Below are positions 7,727-15,454 of a DNA stretch of 22,426 nt, one piece after another. The notes beneath the pieces were generated by a model. It saw only the letters and a list, made by a program, of their open reading frames with translations, searched no databases and was not told where the DNA came from. The stretch covers positions 1 through 22,426 of the forward strand of contig JAIQGA010000056.1 in NCBI GenBank assembly GCA_020072925.1, in the 5' to 3' direction. How positions within the stretch are numbered: the first letter of the stretch is position 1; each line of letters opens with the position of its first letter. The stretch comes from Terriglobia bacterium. GTDB lineage: Bacteria; Acidobacteriota; Terriglobia; UBA7540. The position numbers and the translations under genes are program-made.

Positions 7727-7903
7727 TGAAGGCTGAAGTCAGGAGCCAGAACTCAGAAGTCAGAAGGATGAAGGATGAAGGACACTCCCCCGGCGGCGCT
7801 ATTTGATTGCCGGGATGTGGCGTCAACTGGCATCGGACAACTGACAACTGACGACTGACGACTGAGCACTGACTTCTGACCCCGGACTCCGGACCACGGA
7901 CTT
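7727..7903. repeat. Composite repeat: 10-bp perfect inverted repeat CAGAAGTCAG (7754-7763) / CTGACTTCTG (7869-7878) plus several heptamer tandem arrays (GATGAAG x3 at 7766-7782; nACTGAC x5 at 7834-7868; CCGGACn x3 at 7882-7901).
   Basis: Direct reading. It occupies the whole yggS-yggU intergenic space. Confidence 0.8.
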
Positions 7904-7906
7904 CTT

Positions 7907-8224
7907 ATGACTCCGAGCTTTCAACTCGACCGCGAGAACGTTTCCTTCTGGCTGAAAGTGAAACCGCGGTCGGCGCGGGAACGCCTGGGAGTCGACGCGG
8001 CCGGGGAATTACGCTTGGAGTTGCACGCCCCGCCCACGGAAGGGCAGGCCAACGAAGCCTGCGTGCAGTTTTTCGCCCGCGCGCTGCGGCTGCCCCAGGC
8101 GTGCGTGGTCATCCTTTCCGGTTCGAAGTCACGTCGCAAGCTTATCCGAATTACCGGCCACTCGGCCCAGGAAACCGTTGCACAGTTGAAGCGATTGTTG
8201 CAGTCTCAACCGGCAAGTAGGTAA
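7907..8224 (+). CDS. yggU: DUF167 (YggU/UPF0235) family protein
   Basis: 105 aa; the NEACVQFFARAL block and overall length fit DUF167. It is positioned downstream of yggS, as in the E. coli yggS-yggT-yggU cluster. Confidence 0.75.
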   Translation: MTPSFQLDRENVSFWLKVKPRSARERLGVDAAGELRLELHAPPTEGQANEACVQFFARALRLPQACVVILSGSKSRRKLIRITGHSAQETVAQLKRLLQSQPASR

Positions 8225-8228
8225 GAGA

Positions 8229-8375
8229 ATCGGGCCATCGGGTCATTGATCCATTGAGTGATTTGGTGATTGGGTGATTGAAAAAACAAATCCGAATCGT
8301 GGCGCGTCCATTCAATCACCAAATCATACAATCACTCAATCACCCAATGGCCAAGTGGCCCGATCACCTAATCGC
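8229..8375. repeat. Large palindromic element: ~55-bp arms built on GTGATTG/CAATCAC units, separated by a ~27-nt spacer.
   Basis: Left arm 8229-8283 and the reverse complement of 8311-8375 share GTGATTTGGTGATTG and GGGCCA..GGG segments. It is homologous to the element at 12105-12236. Confidence 0.85.
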
Positions 8376-8413
8376 CAGATCATTCGACTCGTCACTATAG
8401 CGCGGAGCCGACA

Positions 8414-9703
8414 TTGAGTTTCCGCCAACGCCTCGAGGAAATCCGCACGGGATTCAAGCCTGCCTTCTGGGTGGCGAACACCACGGAACTGTTCGAGCGC
8501 CTGTCGTACTATGGGGCAAGCGCGGTCCTGGCCATTTATCTGAGCGAACAACTGCACTTTTCCAAAGAGCTTACAGGCTGGATGATTGGAATTTTCGGCT
8601 TTGTGGTCTGGTTCCTGCCCGTGCTGGGGGGAACGCTAGCGGACCGCTTCGGCTTCCGGCGCGCGCTGATGTTCGCTTATCTGGTGATGACCGTCGGCTA
8701 TTTCCTGTTGGGTTCGCTCTCGGCGCCGTGGATGGTTGCGGCGCGCCAGGCTCTGACCGACAAATGGCTCGTATTCGCGATTCTCATGATCCCCGCGCTG
8801 GGACCGGCGGTGGTCAAACCCTGCGTGGCGGGCACGACGGCGCGCGCCTCCACGGAGAATGTCCGCTCCATCGGTTATTCGATTTACTACACGCTGGTGA
8901 ATGTCGGCGGCACGCTGGGGCCGGTCATGGCCTGGCTGGTGCGGAAAAAACTAGGGTGGGGCATTGAAAATGTCTTCCGCGTTTCCGCCCTCAGCGTTTT
9001 CCTGATGTTTTGTGTGACGCTGCTCTTCTTTCGCGAGCCGACCCAATCCGGCGAACAGAAAGTGGCCAGCGTCGCGGCCGCCATCAAGAACATGTTTGTA
9101 GTGCTGGGCAACTTCCGTTTCGTCCTGTTCCTGTTGATCTTTTCGAGTTTCTACGTGGTCTTCTGGCAGGAATTCATTTCCGCCCCGCTGTTTTTGCGCG
9201 GCTACGTCGATCCCAACGCCAACGCTGACCTGTTGCTTTCGATTGACGCGCTGACGGTGATCTGCTTCCAGATTTTGGTCAGCTATCTGACCCGCAAGAT
9301 TCCCGCGTTTTCGGCGATGACGCTGGGATTGCTGATTTCAAGCCTCTCGTGGCTGATTCTGGCCCTTTATCCCACGACAGTGGGCCTGATCGGGTCGCTT
9401 GTGGTCCTGGCACTCGGCGAGATCACCCAGTCCGCGCGCTACTATGAATACGTCTCGCGGCTGGCGCCGCCGGGCCAGCAGGGGCTCTACATGGGCTACG
9501 CGTTTCTGCCCATTGCCATCGGTTACTTCATCGCCGGGCCACTGGGCGGTTACCTGCTGCACTATTTTGGCGATATCCTGCGCCGGCCGCAGCAGATGTG
9601 GTGGGTGGTCACCGCGGTGGGGATTGTCGGCACGGTGTTGATGCTGGCGTACGACAGAGTTTTTCGGCCGGGCGGAGAAAAGGGATTAGGGATCAGGGGT
9701 TAG
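8414..9703 (+). CDS. Proton-dependent oligopeptide transporter (PTR2/POT family, MFS)
   Basis: The N-terminal ELFERLSYYG signature of POT transporters; ~12 predicted TM helices; TTG start with GCGGAG SD-like sequence upstream. Confidence 0.85.
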   Translation: MSFRQRLEEIRTGFKPAFWVANTTELFERLSYYGASAVLAIYLSEQLHFSKELTGWMIGIFGFVVWFLPVLGGTLADRFGFRRALMFAYLVMTVGYFLLGSLSAPWMVAARQALTDKWLVFAILMIPALGPAVVKPCVAGTTARASTENVRSIGYSIYYTLVNVGGTLGPVMAWLVRKKLGWGIENVFRVSALSVFLMFCVTLLFFREPTQSGEQKVASVAAAIKNMFVVLGNFRFVLFLLIFSSFYVVFWQEFISAPLFLRGYVDPNANADLLLSIDALTVICFQILVSYLTRKIPAFSAMTLGLLISSLSWLILALYPTTVGLIGSLVVLALGEITQSARYYEYVSRLAPPGQQGLYMGYAFLPIAIGYFIAGPLGGYLLHYFGDILRRPQQMWWVVTAVGIVGTVLMLAYDRVFRPGGEKGLGIRG

Positions 9704-9713
9704 GGATTAGCAG
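9682..9713. repeat. Short telomere-like tandem repeat GGGATTAG GGATCAG GGGTTAG GGATTAG overlapping the stop codon of the POT gene.
   Basis: Direct reading; about four 7-8-nt units containing TTAGGG. Confidence 0.6.
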
Positions 9714-9808
9714 GATAATGGAAAACCCGTTCGCCCTGTCATTCTGAGCGCAGCGAAGAATCCCCGCATTTGAAGAATCAAGGAAATGAAAGACAGAAAG
9801 ATACCAAA

Positions 9809-10393
9809 ATGAAAAACGGACCGCTTACAAGTAGATTCGAAGAGGCATTTTGCTTGGCTTCCCGTCTGCACGCGACGCAGAAGCGGAAGGGCACAGAAAT
9901 TCCCTACATTGCCCACCTCATGAGCGTTGCAGCGCTGGTGATCGAAGACGGCGGCGACGAGGACGAGGCCATCGCTGGTCTGCTTCATGACGCCGTCGAA
10001 GACCAGGGCGGAAGAGAAACACTGGAAGAGATTTGTCGCCGCTTTGGCGAACGAGTGGCGGGAATCGTCTATGGCTGCACGGATGCGGAGACTCTACCCA
10101 AGCCGCCGTGGCTCGAGCGAAAGAAGCGCTATGTCGACCACATTCGCATTGCACCTCCGGAAGTCCGTCGCGTCTCGAGCGCCGACAAGCTCCACAACGC
10201 GCGCGCCATCCTGGCCGATTTCCGGCATGAGGGCAACCGTTTGTGGGAAAGATTCACCGGCAAGCGCGACGGAACGCTCTGGTATTACCGCGCCCTGGTG
10301 CAGGCCTTCCAGGCAGCGGGCTCGACCCCCATCGTCGAGGAGTTGGACCGGGTCGTGAGCGAATTGGAACGTTTGGTTGCGGAGAGTAAGTGA
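9809..10393 (+). CDS. Small HD-domain (p)ppGpp-hydrolase-like protein (RelA/SpoT-type HD; small alarmone hydrolase-like)
   Basis: HL..VA...., the LLHDAVEDQGG motif and the ADKLHNARAI motif match the RelA/SpoT hydrolase HD domain. It is ~195 aa with no synthetase domain. The ORF is open from TTG 9770; the first in-frame ATG is 9809. Confidence 0.65.
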   Translation: MKNGPLTSRFEEAFCLASRLHATQKRKGTEIPYIAHLMSVAALVIEDGGDEDEAIAGLLHDAVEDQGGRETLEEICRRFGERVAGIVYGCTDAETLPKPPWLERKKRYVDHIRIAPPEVRRVSSADKLHNARAILADFRHEGNRLWERFTGKRDGTLWYYRALVQAFQAAGSTPIVEELDRVVSELERLVAESK

Positions 10394-10409
10394 CGCGGTG
10401 GGAGGCACC

Positions 10410-11591
10410 ATGAACCTGGCGGAAATTCAAGCAGCTCTGCGCGATTCGGGCCTGGATGGCTGGCTCTTCTACGATCACCACCATCGCGATCCGATTGCCT
10501 ATCGCGTGTTGAAGATCAATCCCCCGATGTGCACGCGCCGCTGGTATTACCTGATTCCGGCTTCGGGAGAACCCGCGAAGCTGGTGCATCGCATCGAGCG
10601 CGGCAACCTCGAGGGCCTGCCGGGAACCGTGTACGAGTACTCTTCCTGGCGCGAGCAGCACGACAAGCTGCGAAAGATTTTGGAAGGGAAGAAGCGTGTA
10701 GCAATGGAATATTCGCCGCTCAACGACATTCCCTACGTCGGGCTGGTGGACGCGGGAACCATTGAGCTAGTGAAGGGTTTGGGCGTGGAGGTGGTTTCCT
10801 CCGGTGACCTTGTGCAGCTTTTCGAGGCGCGCTGGTCTGACGCCGCGCTGGCCTCGCACCTGGCGGCGGGGAAGGTGGTTCACGCCGCGGTCAACGCGGC
10901 CTTCGCGATGATTCGGGACGCGGTGCGAGGCGGCAAAGCGCTCGGCGAGTACGAAGTCCAGCAGGAAATCTCCCGCGTATTCGAAGCGGGCGGCGTGATC
11001 GCGGACGAACCGGCCATCGTCGCCGTGAACCGCAACACGGCGAACCCGCATTACTCCCCCACGCGGGCATCGTCGCTGCCCATTCGCGCCAACGATTTCG
11101 TCCTGCTTGATGTCTGGGGAAAGTTGCCGACTCCGGGCGCCGTTTATTTCGACATTACTTGGACAGGATTTGTGGGCGAAGAGGTCCCGCGCCGCTATGC
11201 CGAGGTTTTTTCCATTGTGCGGGAGGCCCGTGATGCTGCCGTGCGTCGCGTCACGGAGGCGCAGGCAGTCGGCCGGGCGCTGCACGGTTACGAGGTGGAC
11301 GACGCGGCGCGCGAGGTCATCTCGCGGCATGGTTATGGTGAGAACTTCGTGCATCGGACCGGACATTCTATTGGCGAAGACGTGCACGGCAATGGGGCCA
11401 ACATGGATAACTTCGAAACGCGTGACCAGCGAAACATCGTTCCGCGCACCTGCTTCTCGGTTGAGCCGGGAATCTACCTGGCGGAGTTCGGCGTGCGCAG
11501 CGAGGTCAATGTATACGTCGAGGCAGGCGGGGCGCGCGTTACCGGGGAAATTCAGCAGGCCATCGTGCCGATCCTTGCCGCTGCGCGCTAA
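10410..11591 (+). CDS. M24-family metallopeptidase (Xaa-Pro aminopeptidase / creatinase-like)
   Basis: Metal-ligand blocks LLDVWG..YFDITWT, HRTGHSIGEDVH, SVEPGIY and RSEV. GGGAGG SD 6 nt upstream of ATG 10410. Confidence 0.85.
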   Translation: MNLAEIQAALRDSGLDGWLFYDHHHRDPIAYRVLKINPPMCTRRWYYLIPASGEPAKLVHRIERGNLEGLPGTVYEYSSWREQHDKLRKILEGKKRVAMEYSPLNDIPYVGLVDAGTIELVKGLGVEVVSSGDLVQLFEARWSDAALASHLAAGKVVHAAVNAAFAMIRDAVRGGKALGEYEVQQEISRVFEAGGVIADEPAIVAVNRNTANPHYSPTRASSLPIRANDFVLLDVWGKLPTPGAVYFDITWTGFVGEEVPRRYAEVFSIVREARDAAVRRVTEAQAVGRALHGYEVDDAAREVISRHGYGENFVHRTGHSIGEDVHGNGANMDNFETRDQRNIVPRTCFSVEPGIYLAEFGVRSEVNVYVEAGGARVTGEIQQAIVPILAAAR

Positions 11592-11671
11592 GTTGTGTTA
11601 ACTTCGTTGGTTCGGAGCGCCACATCCGCGCCTTTTCTGGGGCCGCGCGGCGCCCCTTGCCTTCGGAAACT

Positions 11672-12106
11672 ATGGCCGGAAAAAACGTTCAGGAAGCAAC
11701 CGCCGAGAAAGCGAAACCCGCCGCGGCGCCCCACCCGCCGCTCGCGCGGATGATTCGCCTCTGCGTCGCGGCCTGGCTAATTCCGGGGTTTGGGCATTTC
11801 TTGCTGGGCCGGAAATGGCGAGCGCTTATTCTCTTCGTCTCGATCCTGGCCATGTTTTTCCTGGGCCTGGCGATGCAGGGAGAGTTTTTTCCGACCAATT
11901 CGGCCTCTTATCTCGAAACCCTGGGCTATCTGGGCGAGATGTGCGTGGGCGTCGCGATGCCGGCGGCGAAGTTCTTCGGCTACGGGGGCGGTAATCCGTT
12001 CTTCGTCAGCTCTGATTACGGCACCGCCTACCTTGTTTCCGCCGGCATGCTGAACGTGCTCGCCGTCCTGGACAGCTACGACATTGCCCTGGGCAGAAAA
12101 CCGTGA
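11672..12106 (+). CDS. Integral membrane protein of unknown function
   Basis: 145 aa with 3-4 hydrophobic segments (LIPGFGHFLLG.., ALILFVSILAMFFLGLAM, VSAGMLNVLAVL) and coding-like GC3. Start at the first ATG; the ORF is open from TTG 11657. Confidence 0.5.
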   Translation: MAGKNVQEATAEKAKPAAAPHPPLARMIRLCVAAWLIPGFGHFLLGRKWRALILFVSILAMFFLGLAMQGEFFPTNSASYLETLGYLGEMCVGVAMPAAKFFGYGGGNPFFVSSDYGTAYLVSAGMLNVLAVLDSYDIALGRKP

Positions 12107-12236
12107 TCCATCGGGTGATTGAGTGATCGGGTGACTCAGCGATTGAAGAGGCGGAGCAGGCGGGTTTGCTTTTTCAATCGCAAAATCACACAATCACCAA
12201 ATCACTCAATGAACAAATGATCCAATTATCCTGATG
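12105..12236. repeat. Palindromic GTGATTG-unit element, second copy of the family seen at 8229-8375.
   Basis: The reverse complement of the right arm (GGATCATTTGTTCATTGAGTGATTTGGTGATTGTGTGATT) closely matches the left arm of the 8229 element (TGATCCATTGAGTGATTTGGTGATTGGGTGATT). Confidence 0.85.
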
Positions 12237-12407
12237 GCCCTGACTCACTTCCCCGCTCTCGTACTGTTTGCTCTCCTGGTCTCCGTGGTGTTCGGCCTGC
12301 TGAGCAAGGACACGCCGCGCGATCGAGTGATTTACGGCGCCAAGGTTTTTGGCGCCTTCGTCGGCGTGGCCCTGGCGCTGGGCTGGCTGATGTACTTCCT
12401 GCCTTGA
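12234..12407 (+). CDS. Possible 57-aa two-helix small membrane protein
   Basis: ATG..TGA ORF (MALTHFPALVLFALLVSVVFGLLSKDTPRDRVIYGAKVFGAFVGVALALGWLMYFLP) with strongly G/C-biased third codon positions, as in neighbouring genes. No clear SD, and its start lies inside the repeat arm. Confidence 0.35.
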   Translation: MALTHFPALVLFALLVSVVFGLLSKDTPRDRVIYGAKVFGAFVGVALALGWLMYFLP

Positions 12408-12531
12408 GTCCCCGTGAGGACATCCTCCGAACGTCACCCCGGCGCGACGGACCATTTGTAGCACGGGCATCCCGCCCCTGAGCACGGCCAAGGTGGCCGT
12501 GCTACGTGCACGACTACATTTGCGCTTTGCC

Positions 12532-12560
12532 TTGACTTCGCTTCGCCCGCGTCTTAGAGT
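12532..12560 (+). promoter_or_regulatory. Candidate sigma70 promoter TTGACT-N17-TAGAGT upstream of the NfeD/flotillin operon
   Basis: Hexamers with 17-nt spacing ~85 nt upstream of ATG 12647. This is inference only. Confidence 0.35.
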
Positions 12561-12646
12561 ATGCCTCGACCGAAGGATCTCCTCGCCCGGACAACGCGCT
12601 GAGTAGTTGGCGAGCGCGCGTTCTCGCCTGACGGAGGCTTTGCCAC

Positions 12647-13198
12647 ATGGCTTCGCTGGTGGGTTTGTCAGCATTCGCAATCTTCCTCGGAATCGCGGCT
12701 CTGGGTTTTTTCTTCCTGATTTTCAGCCTGTTTTTTGGAGAGTTGTTTGGACACGCGGACATCGGCGGCCACGACGCTGATTTCCATGGCGACCTTCACG
12801 GCGTAAGCTTTTTCAGTTCGCGGGTCATGAGCGTTTTCGTGACCGCGTTCGGAGGCTTTGGCGCTATCGGCATTCATCTTGGCTACGGCATCGGCCTCAG
12901 CACGGGAATGGGCCTGGCCGGAGGGCTGGTTTTCGGCGCCTTGATCTATCTCTTTGCGGCCTTCCTTTTCAGCCAGCAAGCTTCGAGCGACATCCGCGTG
13001 AACGACCTGCTCGGCAAGACGGCCCAGGTCATCGTGGCCATTCCACGTGGTGGCCTGGGGCAGGTAAGCTGCGTGCTCGGGGAAAGCGTCGTGGAACGAA
13101 TCGCGCGCTCGGCGGATGGGGAAGAAATACCCGCGAATGCGGCGGTTAAAATTCAGACGATCGTCGGAGAGACCTGCGTGGTGCGCCGCGCGGAATAA
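12647..13198 (+). CDS. NfeD-like (YuaF-type) membrane protein with C-terminal OB-fold, partner of flotillin
   Basis: N-terminal TM helices followed by a C-terminal beta-rich segment (GKTAQVIVAIPRGGLGQVS..GESVVERIA.....IPANAAVKIQTIVGETCVV) typical of the NfeD short form. It lies immediately upstream of an SPFH/flotillin gene. ACGGAGG SD. Confidence 0.7.
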   Translation: MASLVGLSAFAIFLGIAALGFFFLIFSLFFGELFGHADIGGHDADFHGDLHGVSFFSSRVMSVFVTAFGGFGAIGIHLGYGIGLSTGMGLAGGLVFGALIYLFAAFLFSQQASSDIRVNDLLGKTAQVIVAIPRGGLGQVSCVLGESVVERIARSADGEEIPANAAVKIQTIVGETCVVRRAE

Positions 13199-13264
13199 TC
13201 ACAGCTTCGGGAGGCGCGGAAGTCATCGCCGGCCTCGAAGCATGAACTCTTAAGGAGAACTCCC

Positions 13265-14863
13265 ATGCCAGCCGTTTCGCAATTCTTCATTCCTATCGTC
13301 GTAATGGGTGTGGTCCTGGCCCTGATTGTGGCCATGGCCCTCTTCAGCCGCAATTACATCAAAGTGCCGCCCAACGCTGTGGCGATTCTGAGCGGCCGCA
13401 AACACAAGCTCGAGGACGGCTCGATGGTCGGCTATCGCACGGTGATAGGCGGTGCAACGTTCCGCTTCCCGCTGCTCGAGCAAATCGATTATCTATCCCT
13501 CAACGTCTTCACCATTCCGCTGGAAATCAAGCGCGCTTACACACTGAAGGGCGTCCCGATTTCGGTCAAGGCGGTAGCTAACGTGAAGATTAAGGGCGAC
13601 AAGCTCTCGCTTCGCGCCGCCGCCGAACGCTTCCTGGGGATGACCCACGACCAGATCCAGCGGGTCATCTTCCAGACGCTGGAAGGCCACTTGCGCTCGA
13701 TTCTCGGCACGCTGACGGTCGAAGAAGTGAATAGCGATCGCCAGAGCTTCGCGCAGAAGCTGACCTCCGAGGCGGCGGTGGACCTGGAGCGCATGGGCAT
13801 TGGCGTGGACGTGCTGACCATCCAGGACATCAGCGATGAGGAAGGCTATCTCGATGCGCTCGGCAAAAAGCGCACGGCCGAAGTGAAACGCGACGGCACC
13901 ATCGGCGAAGCAGAAGCCACGCGCGATGCCAAGATCAAATCCGCGCTCGCCATGCAGGAAGGCGAGAAGGCGAAGTTCGACGCCGACGCCAACATCGCCT
14001 CGGCCCAGCGCGACTTCCAGGTGAAGCAGGCGCAGTTCATGGCGGAAGTTGAGATGGAGAAGGCCCGCGCGGCCCAGTCGGGCCCGCTCGCCGAAGCCAA
14101 GGCGAGACAGGCTGTCGTCGCCGAACAAGTGCGCGTGGATAAAACGCGGACCCAGGAGCAGATTTCCGTTCAGGAGCAGGAAGTGCTCCGCAAGCAAAAG
14201 GAATTGGAGGCGACGGTCATCAAGGCGGCGGAAGCGGAACGGCAGGCGGCGATTCTGCGTGCTGAAGCGAAGAAGCAGGCGGCCATCCTGGAAGCCGAAG
14301 GCCAGAAGACCGCGCAGATCGCCCTCGCGGAGGCCGAGCAGACCAAACTCACGCAGGAAGGCTTGGGCCATGCGGCGGCCATCGAAGCGCAAGGCCGCGC
14401 CGAAGCGTCCAAGGTCGAGGCGCTGGGCCTAGCGCAGGCTCGTGCCATCGAGGCGCAGGGCGTCGCGGAAGCGCAGGCCATTCTGAAGAAGGCCGAAGCG
14501 TGGAAGCAATTCAACGAGGCGGCCAAGCTGCAAACCATCCTCGAGAAACTTCCCAGCGTCTTGCAGGCTTCCGCGGCCATTTTCGGCGCCGTGGCGGCGC
14601 CACTGGGCAATATCGATAAGGTTGTGGTCATCGAGCAGGGTAATGGCGCGGGCGGCGACGGCGGCACGGGGGGCATCGGCCGCATCGCTCGCACCGGCCC
14701 GGCGCTGGTCTTTGGCCTCCTGCAGCAACTGCAGGCCATGGGATTGGATGTTCCCACGATGCTCGCTCAGCTCGGCGTGGGTGGCGGCAAGCTGACTGAA
14801 GGGACGAAGCCGGTGGAGACGGCCGCTGCGGCCTCCGGCGCGTCCGACGCCGGAAAGAAATGA
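13265..14863 (+). CDS. Flotillin-like SPFH/band-7 protein (FloT/YuaG-like)
   Basis: N-terminal TM anchor, SPFH domain, and a long Ala/Glu/Gln-rich coiled-coil region with EA repeats. AAGGAGA SD. Confidence 0.85.
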   Translation: MPAVSQFFIPIVVMGVVLALIVAMALFSRNYIKVPPNAVAILSGRKHKLEDGSMVGYRTVIGGATFRFPLLEQIDYLSLNVFTIPLEIKRAYTLKGVPISVKAVANVKIKGDKLSLRAAAERFLGMTHDQIQRVIFQTLEGHLRSILGTLTVEEVNSDRQSFAQKLTSEAAVDLERMGIGVDVLTIQDISDEEGYLDALGKKRTAEVKRDGTIGEAEATRDAKIKSALAMQEGEKAKFDADANIASAQRDFQVKQAQFMAEVEMEKARAAQSGPLAEAKARQAVVAEQVRVDKTRTQEQISVQEQEVLRKQKELEATVIKAAEAERQAAILRAEAKKQAAILEAEGQKTAQIALAEAEQTKLTQEGLGHAAAIEAQGRAEASKVEALGLAQARAIEAQGVAEAQAILKKAEAWKQFNEAAKLQTILEKLPSVLQASAAIFGAVAAPLGNIDKVVVIEQGNGAGGDGGTGGIGRIARTGPALVFGLLQQLQAMGLDVPTMLAQLGVGGGKLTEGTKPVETAAAASGASDAGKK

Positions 14864-14989
14864 AGCTGCCCTCGCGCTTCGCGCCGCCGGTTTAGGGAAG
14901 GACTCAGGATCCCGCAGTCGTGAACTCGCCACACCACGTCCGGTGCGCAGGACTCTCGTGTCGACTTCCGTGTTCGGAAGGGAAACAAT

Positions 14990-15454
14990 ATGCCCTCCTG
15001 TCAGCTTACTTCCAAGACCAACAACGCTGATCCCGACGTACTGGTTGTGCATTGCAGCGACCACCGACTTCAGGCGGCGTTCTACGAATTCCTGAATCTC
15101 AAACTAAACCTCAACGAGAATTACGACCTGCTGGTACTTCCCGGCGGGCCGCAGTGCCTGACGCTGGTCGAGTATCTTCCCAAGTTTTCCTGGGCAGGAT
15201 GGAAGTGGGTGCGGTTCCTGGTGGACAGCCACGATCTCAAGCGCCTGATTCTGATTCAGCATCAGGACTGCGCCTGGTACAAGGACCTGCCTCTGCACTT
15301 GCACTCCTCGACGGAGCCGCGAAGCCGGCAGGAAGAAGACCTGCGGCGGATTGGCCAAACCCTGCGCAAGGAGCGCCCGGAACTGGCCCTGGAACTCTAT
15401 TACGCCGGGTGGAACGCTCAGGACGAAATCACCATGGATACAGTTTCCGCCTGA
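14990..15454 (+). CDS. Short divergent beta-class carbonic-anhydrase-like protein (metal-binding CxDxR ... HxxC motifs)
   Basis: VLVVHCSDHRL (CxDxR after a beta-strand) and LILIQHQDCAW (HxxC after a beta-strand) about 70 residues apart, matching beta-CA zinc ligand spacing. YDLLVLPGGP sits in place of the GDxFVxRNAGN block. Its stop codon overlaps the next gene's start (TGATG at 15452-15456). Confidence 0.45.
   Translation: MPSCQLTSKTNNADPDVLVVHCSDHRLQAAFYEFLNLKLNLNENYDLLVLPGGPQCLTLVEYLPKFSWAGWKWVRFLVDSHDLKRLILIQHQDCAWYKDLPLHLHSSTEPRSRQEEDLRRIGQTLRKERPELALELYYAGWNAQDEITMDTVSA

Noticed and set aside
11617-11642. Candidate intrinsic terminator after the M24 peptidase gene (GCGC stem, then TTTTCT).
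   Set aside because: The stem is only 4 bp. The T-tract is suggestive but the structure is too weak to call.
12483-12503. Perfect 10-bp stem hairpin AGCACGGCCA-AGG-TGGCCGTGCT as an intrinsic terminator for the small ORF.
   Set aside because: No downstream U-tract. It is kept only as a possible RNA structure or operator, not called as a terminator.
15052-15453. 134-codon upstream extension of the MgtC-family ORF.
   Set aside because: It overlaps the 14990..15454 gene in another frame, and the translation is Pro/Arg/Gly-rich and non-protein-like. The ATG at 15454 overlaps the upstream stop (TGATG) and precedes the conserved MgtC N-terminus.
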